Assembly (NCBI GenBank): GCA_963754655.1
Contig: CAVWGN010000001.1
Coordinates: 1,376,001 to 1,440,000 of the forward strand
DNA length: 64,000 bases
Direction: 5' to 3'
Origin: an uncultured Chlamydiae bacterium
GTDB taxonomy: Bacteria; Chlamydiota; Chlamydiia; Chlamydiales; Parachlamydiaceae
The notes under the pieces are model-generated. The model was not told the origin of the DNA and searched no databases. It saw nothing but the letters and a program-made list of their open reading frames with translations. Made by a program: the position numbers and the translations under genes. Of this stretch, positions 41,766 through 52,174 are shown piece by piece. Position 1 is the stretch's first letter. Each line of letters begins with the position of its first letter.

Positions 41766-43132
41766 TTAGCCATTTTCCTGAATGGCAGCCAAGACAATCT
41801 CTTGAATGGTTTCATGTGCATAAGGGAGAGTATCGACATTTTGCTTCACGGCGGCTAAGACAATTTGTAGATCTTTTTTAAAGCCTTCATCTGCAAATGC
41901 GAGAGCCAAGCCAAACTGCTTGACGGCAGCTAAGACAATCGCTCGATCTTTTTAAGAGTTTCATCTGCAAATTGAAGAGCATTGCCATGTTGCTGAACGG
42001 CAGCCAAGACAATCTCTCGATCTTTTTTAAGGCTTTCATCTGCAAATTGAAGAGCATAGCCATGTTGCTTAACGGCAGCCAAAACAATCTCTCGATCTTT
42101 TTTAAAGCCTTCATCTGCAAATGCGAGAGCCAAGCCAAACTGCTTAACGGCAGCTAAGACAATCGCTCGATCTTTTTTAAGAGTTTCATCTACATATCGA
42201 AGAGCATAGCCATTTTGATGAACTGCAGCCAAGACAATCTCTCGATCTTTTTTAAGGCTTTCATCTGCAAATTGAAGAGCATAGCCATGTTGCTTAACGG
42301 CAGCCAAAACAATTTCTCGATCTTTTTTAAGGCTTTCATCCGCATATCGAAGAGCTATTCCATTTTTCTGAACGGCAGCCAAGACAATCTCTCGATCTTT
42401 TTTAAAGCCTTCATCTATATCAAAAACAGAAGCTCCGAAATAGCGAGCAACTTGAATAAAAATTTTTTTATCATCGTTAAGATTGCGAAATTTTTTAAGA
42501 GTAGACAGGAGAGATGTTTTTCCCTCGTGCCATCTTTGAGCTTGACCGGCAAAATAAAATCTTTCAATAAACTCATTTTTGATAACGGTTAATTTTTCTT
42601 CATCACTCCCTGATATAAGAGAATTTAAAATAGACAATTGATTTTCAGCAATCATCCGGATGCGCTGATTGGCGCTGTTTTTGCAAATTTCGGGTTTCCA
42701 TATATAGCGATGCAAAAGAGAAAGAAATAAACTCTTTGAGTGAAATAATTCTGAATCAATCATCAATAATTTTTCAAATGTTCTTCTTTCTCCGATGGCT
42801 CGATCAATCAATTTAAGCTCTTGAGATGTAAAATCACTCTTTTGACCATTTGTGACGATACACTCTGGGGGAGGCGTAATAGTGAATCGATCACTGTGTG
42901 TCATTTTAAAAAAAGTCTGCAATAATGAGATGAAAGGATTTGTCTGAAGAACACTTTCCCATTTTTTACAGGTAAATAAAATAGAAGAAATATCGCTTAA
43001 AGACTGGCTCTTTTGATAGACAATCTGATCAAAAATAATTTTTAATATTTCATTAGGCATTGTATTTAAGAAGAATTCGAATTCCTCTGAAGTGCTTTGC
43101 CTTGTTTGTGAATGAAAGTTAGTAATTTGCAT
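41766..43132 (-). pseudogene. F-box-like + DUF4116-type repeat gene with a 1-nt deletion near the 3' end
   Basis: T5 instead of T6 at 41949-41953; ORF stops at 41930 while the normal ..LAAIQENG* end lies at 41766; could be a sequencing error. Confidence 0.8.
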
Positions 43133-43505
43133 AATTGTCCTTTAATTTAATAATTTAATTTTAATAGCTATTATCAATTTTTTAATAAATACATATGATA
43201 ACAAATAAATTAATTTAGAAGGAGATTTATTTATTTTTGTTGCTGCTAATTAGAAATTGCTGTTTTTTCCATTTAAAAATGATCACTTTTGGAAATGAAT
43301 CCCTAGAATAGGAGGTTCTAACTAGGGGAGGTTTAATAGAGATATGAAGCCTATCACTCATTTATTAACCCAAAAAGCGATCAAGCCAAATGTCAAAAAG
43401 TGAGCATGGTAAATTCAAGGAATAAAAGAAAAACGCTGTATGATGTTAGAATTATCCTCCTTTCGGTCAACTTGAACAAAAGGAGTCTAAGAAAAAATCG
43501 TAAGC

Positions 43506-43860
43506 TTAGCCATTTTCCTGAATAGCAGCCAAGACAATCTCTTGAATGGTTTCATCTGCATAGCGAAGAGCGTCGCCTAGTTGCTGAACGGCTGCCAAGA
43601 CAATCTCTAGATCTTTTCTAAGGTTTTCATCTGCAAATTGAAGAGCATTGCCATGTTGCTGAACAGCAGCTAAGACAATCTCTCGATCTTTTTTAAAGCT
43701 TTCATCTGCATATTCAAGAAAATAGCCCTCTTTCTGAACGGCAGCCAAGACAAGCTCTCGATCTTTTTTAAGGCTTTCATCTGCAAATCGAAAAGCCAAG
43801 CCCTCTTTCTGAACAGCAGTCAAGACAACCTCTTTATCTTTTAAGGCTTTCATCTGCAAA
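43506..43860 (-). pseudogene. Orphan 3' fragment (last ~4.5 repeats) of an array gene
   Basis: Repeats join directly to the half-deleted hairpin of the upstream gene at CAAA|AGGAG (43857-43865); also a T4 for T6 at ~43840. Confidence 0.85.
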
Positions 43861-43883
43861 AGGAGCCTAACAAAATCGTAAGT

Positions 43884-45257
43884 TTAGCCATTATCCTGAA
43901 TGGCAGCCCAGACAATGTCTTGAATGGTTGCATGTGCATAGAAAAAAGCATGGCTATTTTGCTTAACAGCAGCCAAAACAATCTGTAGATCTTTTTTAAG
44001 GGATTCATCTGCCTGGTTAAGAGTCAAGCCATTTTTCTGAACAGCAGCTAAGACAATGTCTCGATCTTTTTTAAGGCTTTCATCTGCATATTCAAGAGCC
44101 CAGCCATTTTCCTTAACGGCAGCCAAGACAATCTCTCGATCTTTTTTAAGGGGTTTATCTGCATGTTGAAGAACACTGCCATGTTGCTGAACAGCAGCTA
44201 AGACAATCTCTCGATCTTGTTTAAGGCTTTCATCTGCATATTCAAGAGCCCAGCCACTTTCCTTAACGGCAGCCAAGACAATCTCTCGATCTTTTTTAAA
44301 GATTCCATCTGCAAATTGAAGAGCATTGCAATGTTGCTGAACGGCAGCCAAGACAATCTCTCGATCTTGTTTAAGGCTTTCATCTGCATATTCAAGAGCA
44401 CTGCCATCATGTTGCTGAACGGCAGCCAAGACAATCTCTCGATCTTGTTTAAGGCTTTCATCTGCATATTCAAGAGCCCAGCCATGTTGCTTAACGGCAA
44501 CCAAAACAATTTCTCGATCTTTTTTAAGGCTTTCATGTATATCAAAAATGGAAGCTCCGAAACAGCGAGCAACTTGAATAAAAATTTTTTTATCGTTAAG
44601 GTTGAGGAATTTTTTAAGAGTAGAGATGATAGATGTGTGTATACCATATAATCTTTGATGGTGCGCGCCCAAGTAAAATTTTTCGATAAGGTCATTTTGA
44701 ATAACGGTTAATTTTTCTTCATCACTCCCTGATATAAGAGAATTTAAAATAGACAATTGATTTTCAGCAATCATCTTGATGCGTTGATTGGCGCTGTTTT
44801 TGCAAACTTCAGGGTTCCATGAATGGCGATCCAAAAGAGAAAGAAATAAACTCTTTGGGTGAAATAATGCTGAATCCATCATCAACAATTTTTCAAATGC
44901 TGTTATTTCTCTACAGGCTGGATCAATCAATTTAAGTTCCTTAGATGTAAAATCCTTCTTTTGGCTTTGGTTTGTCGCGATACACTCTTGAGGAGGCGTA
45001 ATAGTAGTGAATCGATCACTGTGTGTAATTTGAAAAAGAGTCTGCAATAATGAAATGCAAGGATTTGCTTTAAGAATCCCTTCCCACCTTTTACAGGTAA
45101 GTAAAATAGAAGAAATATCGCCTAAAGGCTGTCTTTGTTGATTGACAATCTGATCAAAAATAATATCCAATATCTCATTAGGTATTATATTTGAAAATAA
45201 TTGGAATTCCTCCGAAGTGCTTTGCCTTGTGTGTGAATGAAAGTTAGTAATTTGCAT
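43884..45257 (-). CDS. F-box-like + DUF4116-type repeat protein (first gene of array 1, ~8 repeats)
   Basis: Paralog; variants HGW,HDGS,HCN,SGW,HGS,NGW,NGL,NSH. Confidence 0.9.
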   Translation of the reverse strand: MQITNFHSHTRQSTSEEFQLFSNIIPNEILDIIFDQIVNQQRQPLGDISSILLTCKRWEGILKANPCISLLQTLFQITHSDRFTTITPPQECIATNQSQKKDFTSKELKLIDPACREITAFEKLLMMDSALFHPKSLFLSLLDRHSWNPEVCKNSANQRIKMIAENQLSILNSLISGSDEEKLTVIQNDLIEKFYLGAHHQRLYGIHTSIISTLKKFLNLNDKKIFIQVARCFGASIFDIHESLKKDREIVLVAVKQHGWALEYADESLKQDREIVLAAVQQHDGSALEYADESLKQDREIVLAAVQQHCNALQFADGIFKKDREIVLAAVKESGWALEYADESLKQDREIVLAAVQQHGSVLQHADKPLKKDREIVLAAVKENGWALEYADESLKKDRDIVLAAVQKNGLTLNQADESLKKDLQIVLAAVKQNSHAFFYAHATIQDIVWAAIQDNG

Positions 45258-45529
45258 AATTATCCTTTAATTGAATTATTTTTTTAATTTTTGTTAGCAA
45301 CTTTTATTGATAAATATTATAAAACATAAGCTAATTTAGAAATGTATTTATTTAATTTAATTTCATCAACATTTTTTGTTTAAATAAAAAATATAAAAAA
45401 TAAATTAATGTAGGAAGAGATTTATATAATTTTAAAACAATGATCCTGTTAATTATTTAAGTCCTGGAATAGTAGAAAAATTTAAAGAAAAACGACATAC
45501 AAAGAGAGAGGGATTGACAGGGTGTTTTG

Positions 45530-45719
45530 CTGGGTTCTATCAACAAGACATCGAGTCCTGAAGAGGATGACAGAAAATTGATAATTTCTGACGTATATAA
45601 CTTATTTTAACTGGTCTTGAGTATATTGTGAGTGGTTTCAAAAAATTATTTAAGGTCTTAAATTATCAATTTTCTGTCAGCCTCGAAAGGACGGCATAAA
45701 CAAGTTACCTTCAATTGAA
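45530..45719. repeat. Partial family-A REP arm interrupted by a MITE
   Basis: CTGGGTTCTATCAACAAGACATCGAGTCCTGAA...GAAAGGACGGCATAAACAAGTTACCTTCAATTGAA matches 13149-13213. Confidence 0.85.
45563..45684. mobile_element. 122-bp MITE
   Basis: 25-bp TIR GAGGATGACAGAAAATTGATAATTT / AAATTATCAATTTTCTGTCAGCCTC (1 mismatch); 3-bp TSD GAA deduced from intact REP copies. Confidence 0.85.
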
Positions 45720-45930
45720 TCATGCCAATCTTTTCCCTATATTTGTCCTCTTAAAAAGGAGAGACGGATTTTATAACTACAAATAAAATCTTTATTAATA
45801 ATTGAATTTACTGTTAAAATTCAATTGTTTATTTGATTTAATTATTTAATTAATATAAAATATAAAAAACTTAAAAATTTTAAGTTAATATAAATAACAG
45901 TAATAATTAATTTAATTAAAAGGTTTAATA

Positions 45931-47265
45931 ATGCAAACTACTGTCATTCATTCACAAACAATACCAAATAATTTCAACGAAGTCTTTTTAGATAATTTAA
46001 TTCCTACGGAGTTGTTAAAAATTATTTTTGATCAAGTTATCCATCAAAAGATCCAATCTTTACGTGATATTTCTTCTATTTTACTCACCTGTAAAAAATG
46101 GAAAATTATTTTTGAAGAGAATCCTTGTATCTCATTGATACAGGCTCTTTTTCAACTTAAAGAAAGTGATCAATCGACTATTACCCTAAAGGATTGTATA
46201 ATACCTGACCAAAAAAACCAATTTACATCTCAGGAATTGAAATTGATTGATGGAGTCTGTTTTGAAAAAAGATTTAAAAAATTGTTAATGCTCGATTTAA
46301 AAATATTTCAACCGAAAAGTTTATTTCTTCCGCTTTTGAATCGCTATTTATGGATTCCCGAAGTTTGCAAAAAGAGCGCCAACAAAAACATTCAGAATGT
46401 GGCTGAAGAGCAATTGTCTATTTTAAACTCTCTTGCATCAGGCGCTGAAGACCAAAGACTCAACTTGATCACAAAGGAAGTTATCGAAAAACTCTATCGA
46501 GGTGGTCGAGGTCGAGCATGGGGACAGGCGGAAAAATTCGTTATCTCCACTCTTAAACAATTTCCCAATCTTCATAATAAAGAATTGTTTATTCAAGTAA
46601 GCCGCTGTTTCGGAGCTTCTGTTTTTGATATAGACGAGGAGTTTAAAAAAGATCGAGAGATTGTCTTGGCTGTCATGCAACAAGATGGCCTAGCTCTTGA
46701 GTTTGCAGATGAAAGCCTTAAAAAAGATCGAGAGATTGTCTTAGCTGCCGTTCAGCAAACTGGCTATGCTCTTCAATTTGCAGATGAAACCCTTAAAAAA
46801 GATCGAGAGATTGTCTTAGCTGCCGTTCAGCAAGATGGCTATGCTCTTCAATATGCAGATAAAAGCCTTAAAAAAGATCGAGAGATTGCTTTGGCTGCCA
46901 TTAAGCAAAATAGCTATGCTCTTCAATTAGCAGATAAAAGCTTTAAAAAAGATGAAGAGATTGTCTTGGCTGCCGTTCAGAAAGAGGGCTTGGCTCTTCA
47001 ATTTGCAGATGAAAGCCTTAAAAAAGATCGAAAGATTGTCTTGGCTGCCGTTAAGCAACGCGGCTGGGCTCTTCAATATATAGATAAAAGCCTTAAAAAA
47101 GATCGAGAGATTGTCTTAGCTGCCGTTCAGCAAAGTGGCTATGCTCTTCAATATGCAGATGAAACCCTTAAAAAAGATCGAGAGATTGTCTTAGCTGCCG
47201 TTCAGCAAGATCGTTTTGCTCTTCAATTTGCAGATGAAAGCCTGAAACAGATTATCAACTTTTGA
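45931..47265 (+). CDS. F-box-like + DUF4116-type repeat protein (divergently oriented singleton, ~8 repeats, decayed tail)
   Basis: LIPTELLKIIFDQV..ISSILLTCKKW; out-of-frame repeat relics continue to ~47345. Confidence 0.88.
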   Translation: MQTTVIHSQTIPNNFNEVFLDNLIPTELLKIIFDQVIHQKIQSLRDISSILLTCKKWKIIFEENPCISLIQALFQLKESDQSTITLKDCIIPDQKNQFTSQELKLIDGVCFEKRFKKLLMLDLKIFQPKSLFLPLLNRYLWIPEVCKKSANKNIQNVAEEQLSILNSLASGAEDQRLNLITKEVIEKLYRGGRGRAWGQAEKFVISTLKQFPNLHNKELFIQVSRCFGASVFDIDEEFKKDREIVLAVMQQDGLALEFADESLKKDREIVLAAVQQTGYALQFADETLKKDREIVLAAVQQDGYALQYADKSLKKDREIALAAIKQNSYALQLADKSFKKDEEIVLAAVQKEGLALQFADESLKKDRKIVLAAVKQRGWALQYIDKSLKKDREIVLAAVQQSGYALQYADETLKKDREIVLAAVQQDRFALQFADESLKQIINF

Positions 47266-47690
47266 CAGCTATTCAACAAGACCCGAAACTCGTAAATATG
47301 CGGATGAAAGCCTTAAAAGATGACTCCTTTGTCTTGACTGCATTAAACTCAATAGCAATCTAAGTATTGAGTTCCAATGCGTATACCATTATCCCGTCAC
47401 CATTGTAAGTCCAGGTGATTGGACTGCATGATATCAAGTCCGGATGGATTGTTATGTGTTGGGGTTCTGAAAAACCCCGAATATTTTTTTTAAATCGTTA
47501 TTAGTTTATCTCAAGAAAATCTATAAAAATGATACTGTTTTTGGACATGCCCTGAGCTGGGATGAGGAACCAAAAAAATATTTAATAACTAATTATTAGA
47601 ACGCTTTTCTTTCTATTTTAAAGAGAAAATATCTTAGGCTATTGTACTTTTATTTGGCGGTCTAATATTGTTAGCTGAGAGTCCCTGCAT

Positions 47691-47787
47691 CAGCCTGAAG
47701 GGCTGTAAGTGCAAAAGCCCAGGGCAACGCCCTGGGTATGAGTGAGTTGTGTTATGCAGCCTGAAGGGCTGCAAGTGTCAAATATTT
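47691..47787. repeat. Family-B REP singlet (three hairpins)
   Basis: CAGCCTGAAGGGCTG..CCCAGGGCAACGCCCTGGG..CAGCCTGAAGGGCTG..GTGTCAAATATTT; its 3' half forms the outer arms of the 53.8 and 58.2 kb palindromes. Confidence 0.85.
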
Positions 47788-47820
47788 CTAGTTGTTAAAT
47801 CCGGAACTTCAGCTCTTTTA

Positions 47821-48399
47821 TTAAGAATGAATGATATCCATTGCCCATTTAGCAGCGCAATTTCCAGCAGCTACTCCTCCTAACGCAGGAAGTACAGCAA
47901 CTGTCCAAGAGCCTGCAACAAAAAGAGTACCCAAAGCAATTGCATCAACTGCAGCTATGCCTCCCATCATTAAATCAATAGAACTCATATAGTTGTCATA
48001 TCGAGGATGTGATTTATAAGGGTTGACCTCATCTTTTAAATAGTCATCAGCTAATTTTTTTAAATAATGCGAAATTTCCACTCTCAAAATCAGCGTGATA
48101 ACTGCACTACCCAAAAAAAGTTCTGGGGCAAAATAAGCAGTTGCAATACAGCAACCCGCAAAGAAAATTTTGTCTTTATTGTTATAAACAAAAGTAGAAG
48201 CTTTATCAGCTGTTTCATGATACTTTTGGCTAACATAATGACCTGCTTGTTGGCAGTTTTGGCTTGTGACCTGATAAGCATGCTCAATAGAATCCTGCGT
48301 TCTTTGAACCTGTCTGGTCATTTTATGGTGGAGCGTTGTTCTAATATCTCCTGCCCTATCATAAGTTTGATGAAAAGTGCTTATTAAACTACTTAACAT
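47821..48399 (-). CDS. Hypothetical membrane protein with two long hydrophobic segments
   Basis: Open frame; likely start MLSSLIS after AAAGG; hydrophilic N-half then two hydrophobic hairpins (Inc-like layout is only a guess). Confidence 0.7.
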   Translation of the reverse strand: MLSSLISTFHQTYDRAGDIRTTLHHKMTRQVQRTQDSIEHAYQVTSQNCQQAGHYVSQKYHETADKASTFVYNNKDKIFFAGCCIATAYFAPELFLGSAVITLILRVEISHYLKKLADDYLKDEVNPYKSHPRYDNYMSSIDLMMGGIAAVDAIALGTLFVAGSWTVAVLPALGGVAAGNCAAKWAMDIIHS

Positions 48400-48552
48400 T
48401 TTTATACCTTTATTATTTTGTTTATTAGTCGGTAATAAAATTATATAATAAAGATTATTAAATATCAATTGATATAAAATAAATTAAAGATTAAATTTAA
48501 TTTAAGGAATCTTATTGATTATACAAAAGAAATAGAAGAAACCGCTGTCATG

Positions 48553-48586
48553 AGACTCGTTGACATAAGTTTTTGCCTATTAGGAT
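48553..48586. repeat. Solo MITE terminus upstream of trxB
   Basis: AGACTCGTTGACATAAGTTTTTGCCTATTAGGAT resembles 13940-13973. Confidence 0.6.
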
Positions 48587-48658
48587 TAGGATGCTGAACG
48601 GTGTATACTCTTGATCTTTTTATTAAACCTTCGTTAAACTATCTTCAAAATAAGAAGG

Positions 48659-49618
48659 ATGAGGAATATGCAACGCACAAAACTGTTAATTATTGGGTCG
48701 GGACCGGCTGGATATACCGCAGCAATTTATGCAGCACGGGCGAATTTAGAGCCGGTATTATTTGAAGGATTTTATGCTGGACCTGCAGGTGGACAGCTTA
48801 TGACAACGACGGATGTTGAGAATTATCCCGGCTTTCCGGAGGGAATTTCGGGTCCTGAGCTTGTGGATCGATTTCGCGCGCAAGCAATTCGTTTTGGAAC
48901 GCAAGTGGTAAATGAAGATGTAGTAAGTGTAGATTTGAGCCGACGTCCTTTTATTGCAAAGGGACCCAAAGCCCATTTCGAGGCAGAGTCAGTGATTATT
49001 GCGACTGGGGCAACAGCTAAGCGATTAGATATTGTAGGAACGCGTGATGGAGAATTTTGGCAAAAAGGAGTAACTGCTTGTGCAGTTTGTGATGGCGCCG
49101 CCCCTATTTTTCGTAATCAGCCTCTTTTTGTTGTTGGCGGAGGAGATACAGCAATGGAAGAGTCGCTTTTCTTGACAAAATTTGGAAGCCGTGTCTATAT
49201 CGTGCATAGAAGAGATCAATTGCGAGCTTCAAAAATTATGCAAGAAAGAGTGTTTAAAAATCCTAAAATAGAAATTCTTTGGGATTCTGTTGTAGCGGCT
49301 GTAGAAGGCGATTCCATTGTGCGCAGCGTAAAGCTAGAAAATGTCAAAACAGAGCAGAAAACTACCCTGCCGGCTGGAGGTCTATTTTTTGCCATTGGCC
49401 ATTCACCCAATACTGACTTTTTACAAGGGCAAATCGAACTTCATCCTAATGGCTACATCAAAGTTTTTGAAGGAACACGGACGAATTTAGAGGGGGTGTT
49501 TGCAGCGGGTGATGTGCAAGATCACATCTATCGCCAAGCAATTACAGCAGCGGGATCAGGCTGCATGGCGGCTTTAGAGGCTGAAAGATGGTTAGCCGAA
49601 AAAGGAATTTGCTATTGA
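48659..49618 (+). CDS. trxB: Thioredoxin reductase
   Basis: [50 protein letters not shown]; start may be 48668. Confidence 0.97.
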   Translation: MRNMQRTKLLIIGSGPAGYTAAIYAARANLEPVLFEGFYAGPAGGQLMTTTDVENYPGFPEGISGPELVDRFRAQAIRFGTQVVNEDVVSVDLSRRPFIAKGPKAHFEAESVIIATGATAKRLDIVGTRDGEFWQKGVTACAVCDGAAPIFRNQPLFVVGGGDTAMEESLFLTKFGSRVYIVHRRDQLRASKIMQERVFKNPKIEILWDSVVAAVEGDSIVRSVKLENVKTEQKTTLPAGGLFFAIGHSPNTDFLQGQIELHPNGYIKVFEGTRTNLEGVFAAGDVQDHIYRQAITAAGSGCMAALEAERWLAEKGICY

Positions 49619-50445
49619 TGTCTCGTTCAAATTGTTGTAAATTTTTCATTTTTCTTTTTCTATTGAATGTTTACCGAGTAGGGGCTACGGAATATCAGCC
49701 TTGGCTTGGAAATTTTTATGAATTTGAGCTTCGTTCGTCTGTAATGTATCAGGGATATACCCACCTTTCTTCAGGCTCGCATCTAAAAAAATATTCCTCT
49801 AATGATGTTTTTCTCAATCTTAGCCTCAGTGTTGCTCGCCCAGATCCAGATGGTAGCCTCGAATTTGAAATCACTGAAGCACGTACTAGAAGGCAAAAAG
49901 GAGAGATTGATCAACTAAAACTAACAGGACGCTATTTGTGGCAAGATGATGTTGCCGGTGATCCTATCAGTTTGATCACAGGCATTAGCTATATTCAAGC
50001 CTTTTCTTCTAGTCTTAAAGATGTGAGTTCTTTTCATCATGGATTATACAATGCTGAGTTTTTTCTTTCTTTAGGTCAAGAGAAGGCAGAAGGGATTTTA
50101 TGGGATTCGCGTTGGTGGAGCGTCTTCGCCATTGGAATGGCTGAACAAGGATCCCCCTGGTTTCGATTTCGTTTAGATTATGATAAACGTTGGGAAGAGA
50201 AGCATGAAACCAAGCTATTTTTGCATTCTTTATGGGGGTTAGGACGTCATCCTCTTCGTTTAAATCATTTCCATGGTTATGGCCCTATTCAACACCAATC
50301 CATTGATTTAGGATGGCGATATACTTATCTTTTAGAGTTTTATGGGAGTGTAAGCCTTGAATATTCTTATCGCGTTTATGCACGCAATTTTCCAGCTTAT
50401 ACTCATCGTGTTATCGCTCAACTTCTCTATACTTTTGGTCTTTGA
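49618..50445 (+). CDS. Hypothetical exported protein, possible beta-barrel
   Basis: ATG overlaps the trxB TGA; signal-peptide-like N-terminus; aromatic-rich, ends LLYTFGL. Confidence 0.7.
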   Translation: MSRSNCCKFFIFLFLLNVYRVGATEYQPWLGNFYEFELRSSVMYQGYTHLSSGSHLKKYSSNDVFLNLSLSVARPDPDGSLEFEITEARTRRQKGEIDQLKLTGRYLWQDDVAGDPISLITGISYIQAFSSSLKDVSSFHHGLYNAEFFLSLGQEKAEGILWDSRWWSVFAIGMAEQGSPWFRFRLDYDKRWEEKHETKLFLHSLWGLGRHPLRLNHFHGYGPIQHQSIDLGWRYTYLLEFYGSVSLEYSYRVYARNFPAYTHRVIAQLLYTFGL

Positions 50446-50662
50446 ATTAAATAATTTAGCGTTATTTATATTCTTACAAAGTTTACTAAACGTATCAATT
50501 GAATTAACAAATATAAAAAACTTAAGCCTATAAAATTTGGTTATTTAAGGAATGTCACGGATTCTTTGATCTCGCTTGCGTAAGGTAGGCTTTTAAACTA
50601 ATTAACGAAAATAAACTATTTGATGAACGGTAGAAAATTTGATTCGTCAACCGAACAACAAC

Positions 50663-52069
50663 TTACAAATGCCAGACCGAGTATAATGCCAGATCGAGTA
50701 TATAGTTTTTGGGAGTTTGTAGTAGTGAAGTTAAGGCAAGTTCAATTCGAAGAGCTAAACTCACATATTCACGAGCTCGGTCATTTTGCTTAAGGGCCAC
50801 CAAGACAATTTCTCGATCTTTTTTAAGGCTTTCATCTGCATATTCAAGAGCTGTGCCATCTTGGTTAACGGCAGCCAAGACAATTTCTCGATCTTTTTTA
50901 AGACTTTCATCTGCACATTGAAGAGCTTCCGCACTTTGCTTAATGGCAGCCAAGGCAATTTCTCGATTTTTTTTAAGGCTGGCATCTGCATATTCAAGAG
51001 CCCAGCCATCTTGCTTAACGGCAGCCAAGACAATTTCTCGATCTTTTTTAAGGCTTTTACCTGCATAGCCAAGAGCATCGCCATCTTGCTGAACGGCTGC
51101 CAAAACAATCTCTCGATCTTTTCTAAGGCTTGCATCTGCATAGAGAAGAGCCCAGCCAACTTGGTTAACAGCAGCCAAGACAATTTCTCGATCTTTTGTA
51201 AGGCTTTCATCTACAAATTGGAGAGCCTTGCCATTTTGCTGAACGGCAGCCAAGATAATCTCTCGATCATTTTTAAGACTTTTATCTGCATAGACAAGAG
51301 CATAACCATCTTGGTTAACGGCAGCTAAGACAATCTCTCGATCCTTTTTAAGGCTTTCATGTATATCAAAAACAGCATATCCAAAATAGCGCGCAACTTG
51401 AATAAAAATTTTTTTATCGTTAAAATTGGGAAACTTTTTAAGGGTGGAGATGACGGATGTTTTTGCCTGCCGCCAGGTTGCACTTCGACTCGCGCCTCTA
51501 TAAAGTTTGGCAATAGAATCATTCTCGATAACCGTTAATCTTTGTTCATCCGTGCCTAATATAAGAGAATTCAAAATAGACAACTGCTCTTCGGCCACAA
51601 GCTGGATATTTTTATTGGCGCTAATTTTGCAAACGTCAAGATCCCAGGAGTAGCGATCCAAAAGAGAAAGAAATAAACTCTTTGGGTAAAATAATTTTGA
51701 ATCAACCATTAATAATTTTTTAAAGTTTTTTTTAAAGCAGACTCGATCCATCAATTTAAGTTCTTGAGATGTAAAAGACTCATTATCAGCTGTGAGGCAT
51801 GCTTGCAGGTGGCTAATAGTGGTAGAGGGTTGATGGCTACCTTTAAGTTGAAAAAGAACCTGCACCAATGAAATGCAAGGATTCTTTTGAAGAACGCCTT
51901 TCCATTTTTTACAAGTGAATAAAATAGAAGAAATATGTTTTGAAGAGTAGTTCGGGTTGACAACTTGATCAAAAATAATTCCTAATACCTCATTAGGAAT
52001 TAGTGTATCTAACAAAGAGTCGTTTGAAGTTTTGTGCATTGTTTGCAAATGAGAATGTATATTTTGCAT
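50663..52069 (-). CDS. F-box-like + DUF4116-type repeat protein (array 2, ~8 repeats)
   Basis: LIPNEVLGIIFDQV..LFTCKKW; variants DGY,NGK,VGW,DGD,DGW,SAE,DGT,NDR; array-2 tail ..DLALYSVWHL. Confidence 0.9.
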   Translation of the reverse strand: MQNIHSHLQTMHKTSNDSLLDTLIPNEVLGIIFDQVVNPNYSSKHISSILFTCKKWKGVLQKNPCISLVQVLFQLKGSHQPSTTISHLQACLTADNESFTSQELKLMDRVCFKKNFKKLLMVDSKLFYPKSLFLSLLDRYSWDLDVCKISANKNIQLVAEEQLSILNSLILGTDEQRLTVIENDSIAKLYRGASRSATWRQAKTSVISTLKKFPNFNDKKIFIQVARYFGYAVFDIHESLKKDREIVLAAVNQDGYALVYADKSLKNDREIILAAVQQNGKALQFVDESLTKDREIVLAAVNQVGWALLYADASLRKDREIVLAAVQQDGDALGYAGKSLKKDREIVLAAVKQDGWALEYADASLKKNREIALAAIKQSAEALQCADESLKKDREIVLAAVNQDGTALEYADESLKKDREIVLVALKQNDRAREYVSLALRIELALTSLLQTPKNYILDLALYSVWHL

Positions 52070-52174
52070 AATTATTCTGTAAATAAGCTATTGGTTTTAC
52101 TATTTAAATTTAATTTTATTAGATGTTATAATATAAAGTTTGTGATTATGATTCAATGTATTAATTCTACCTGA

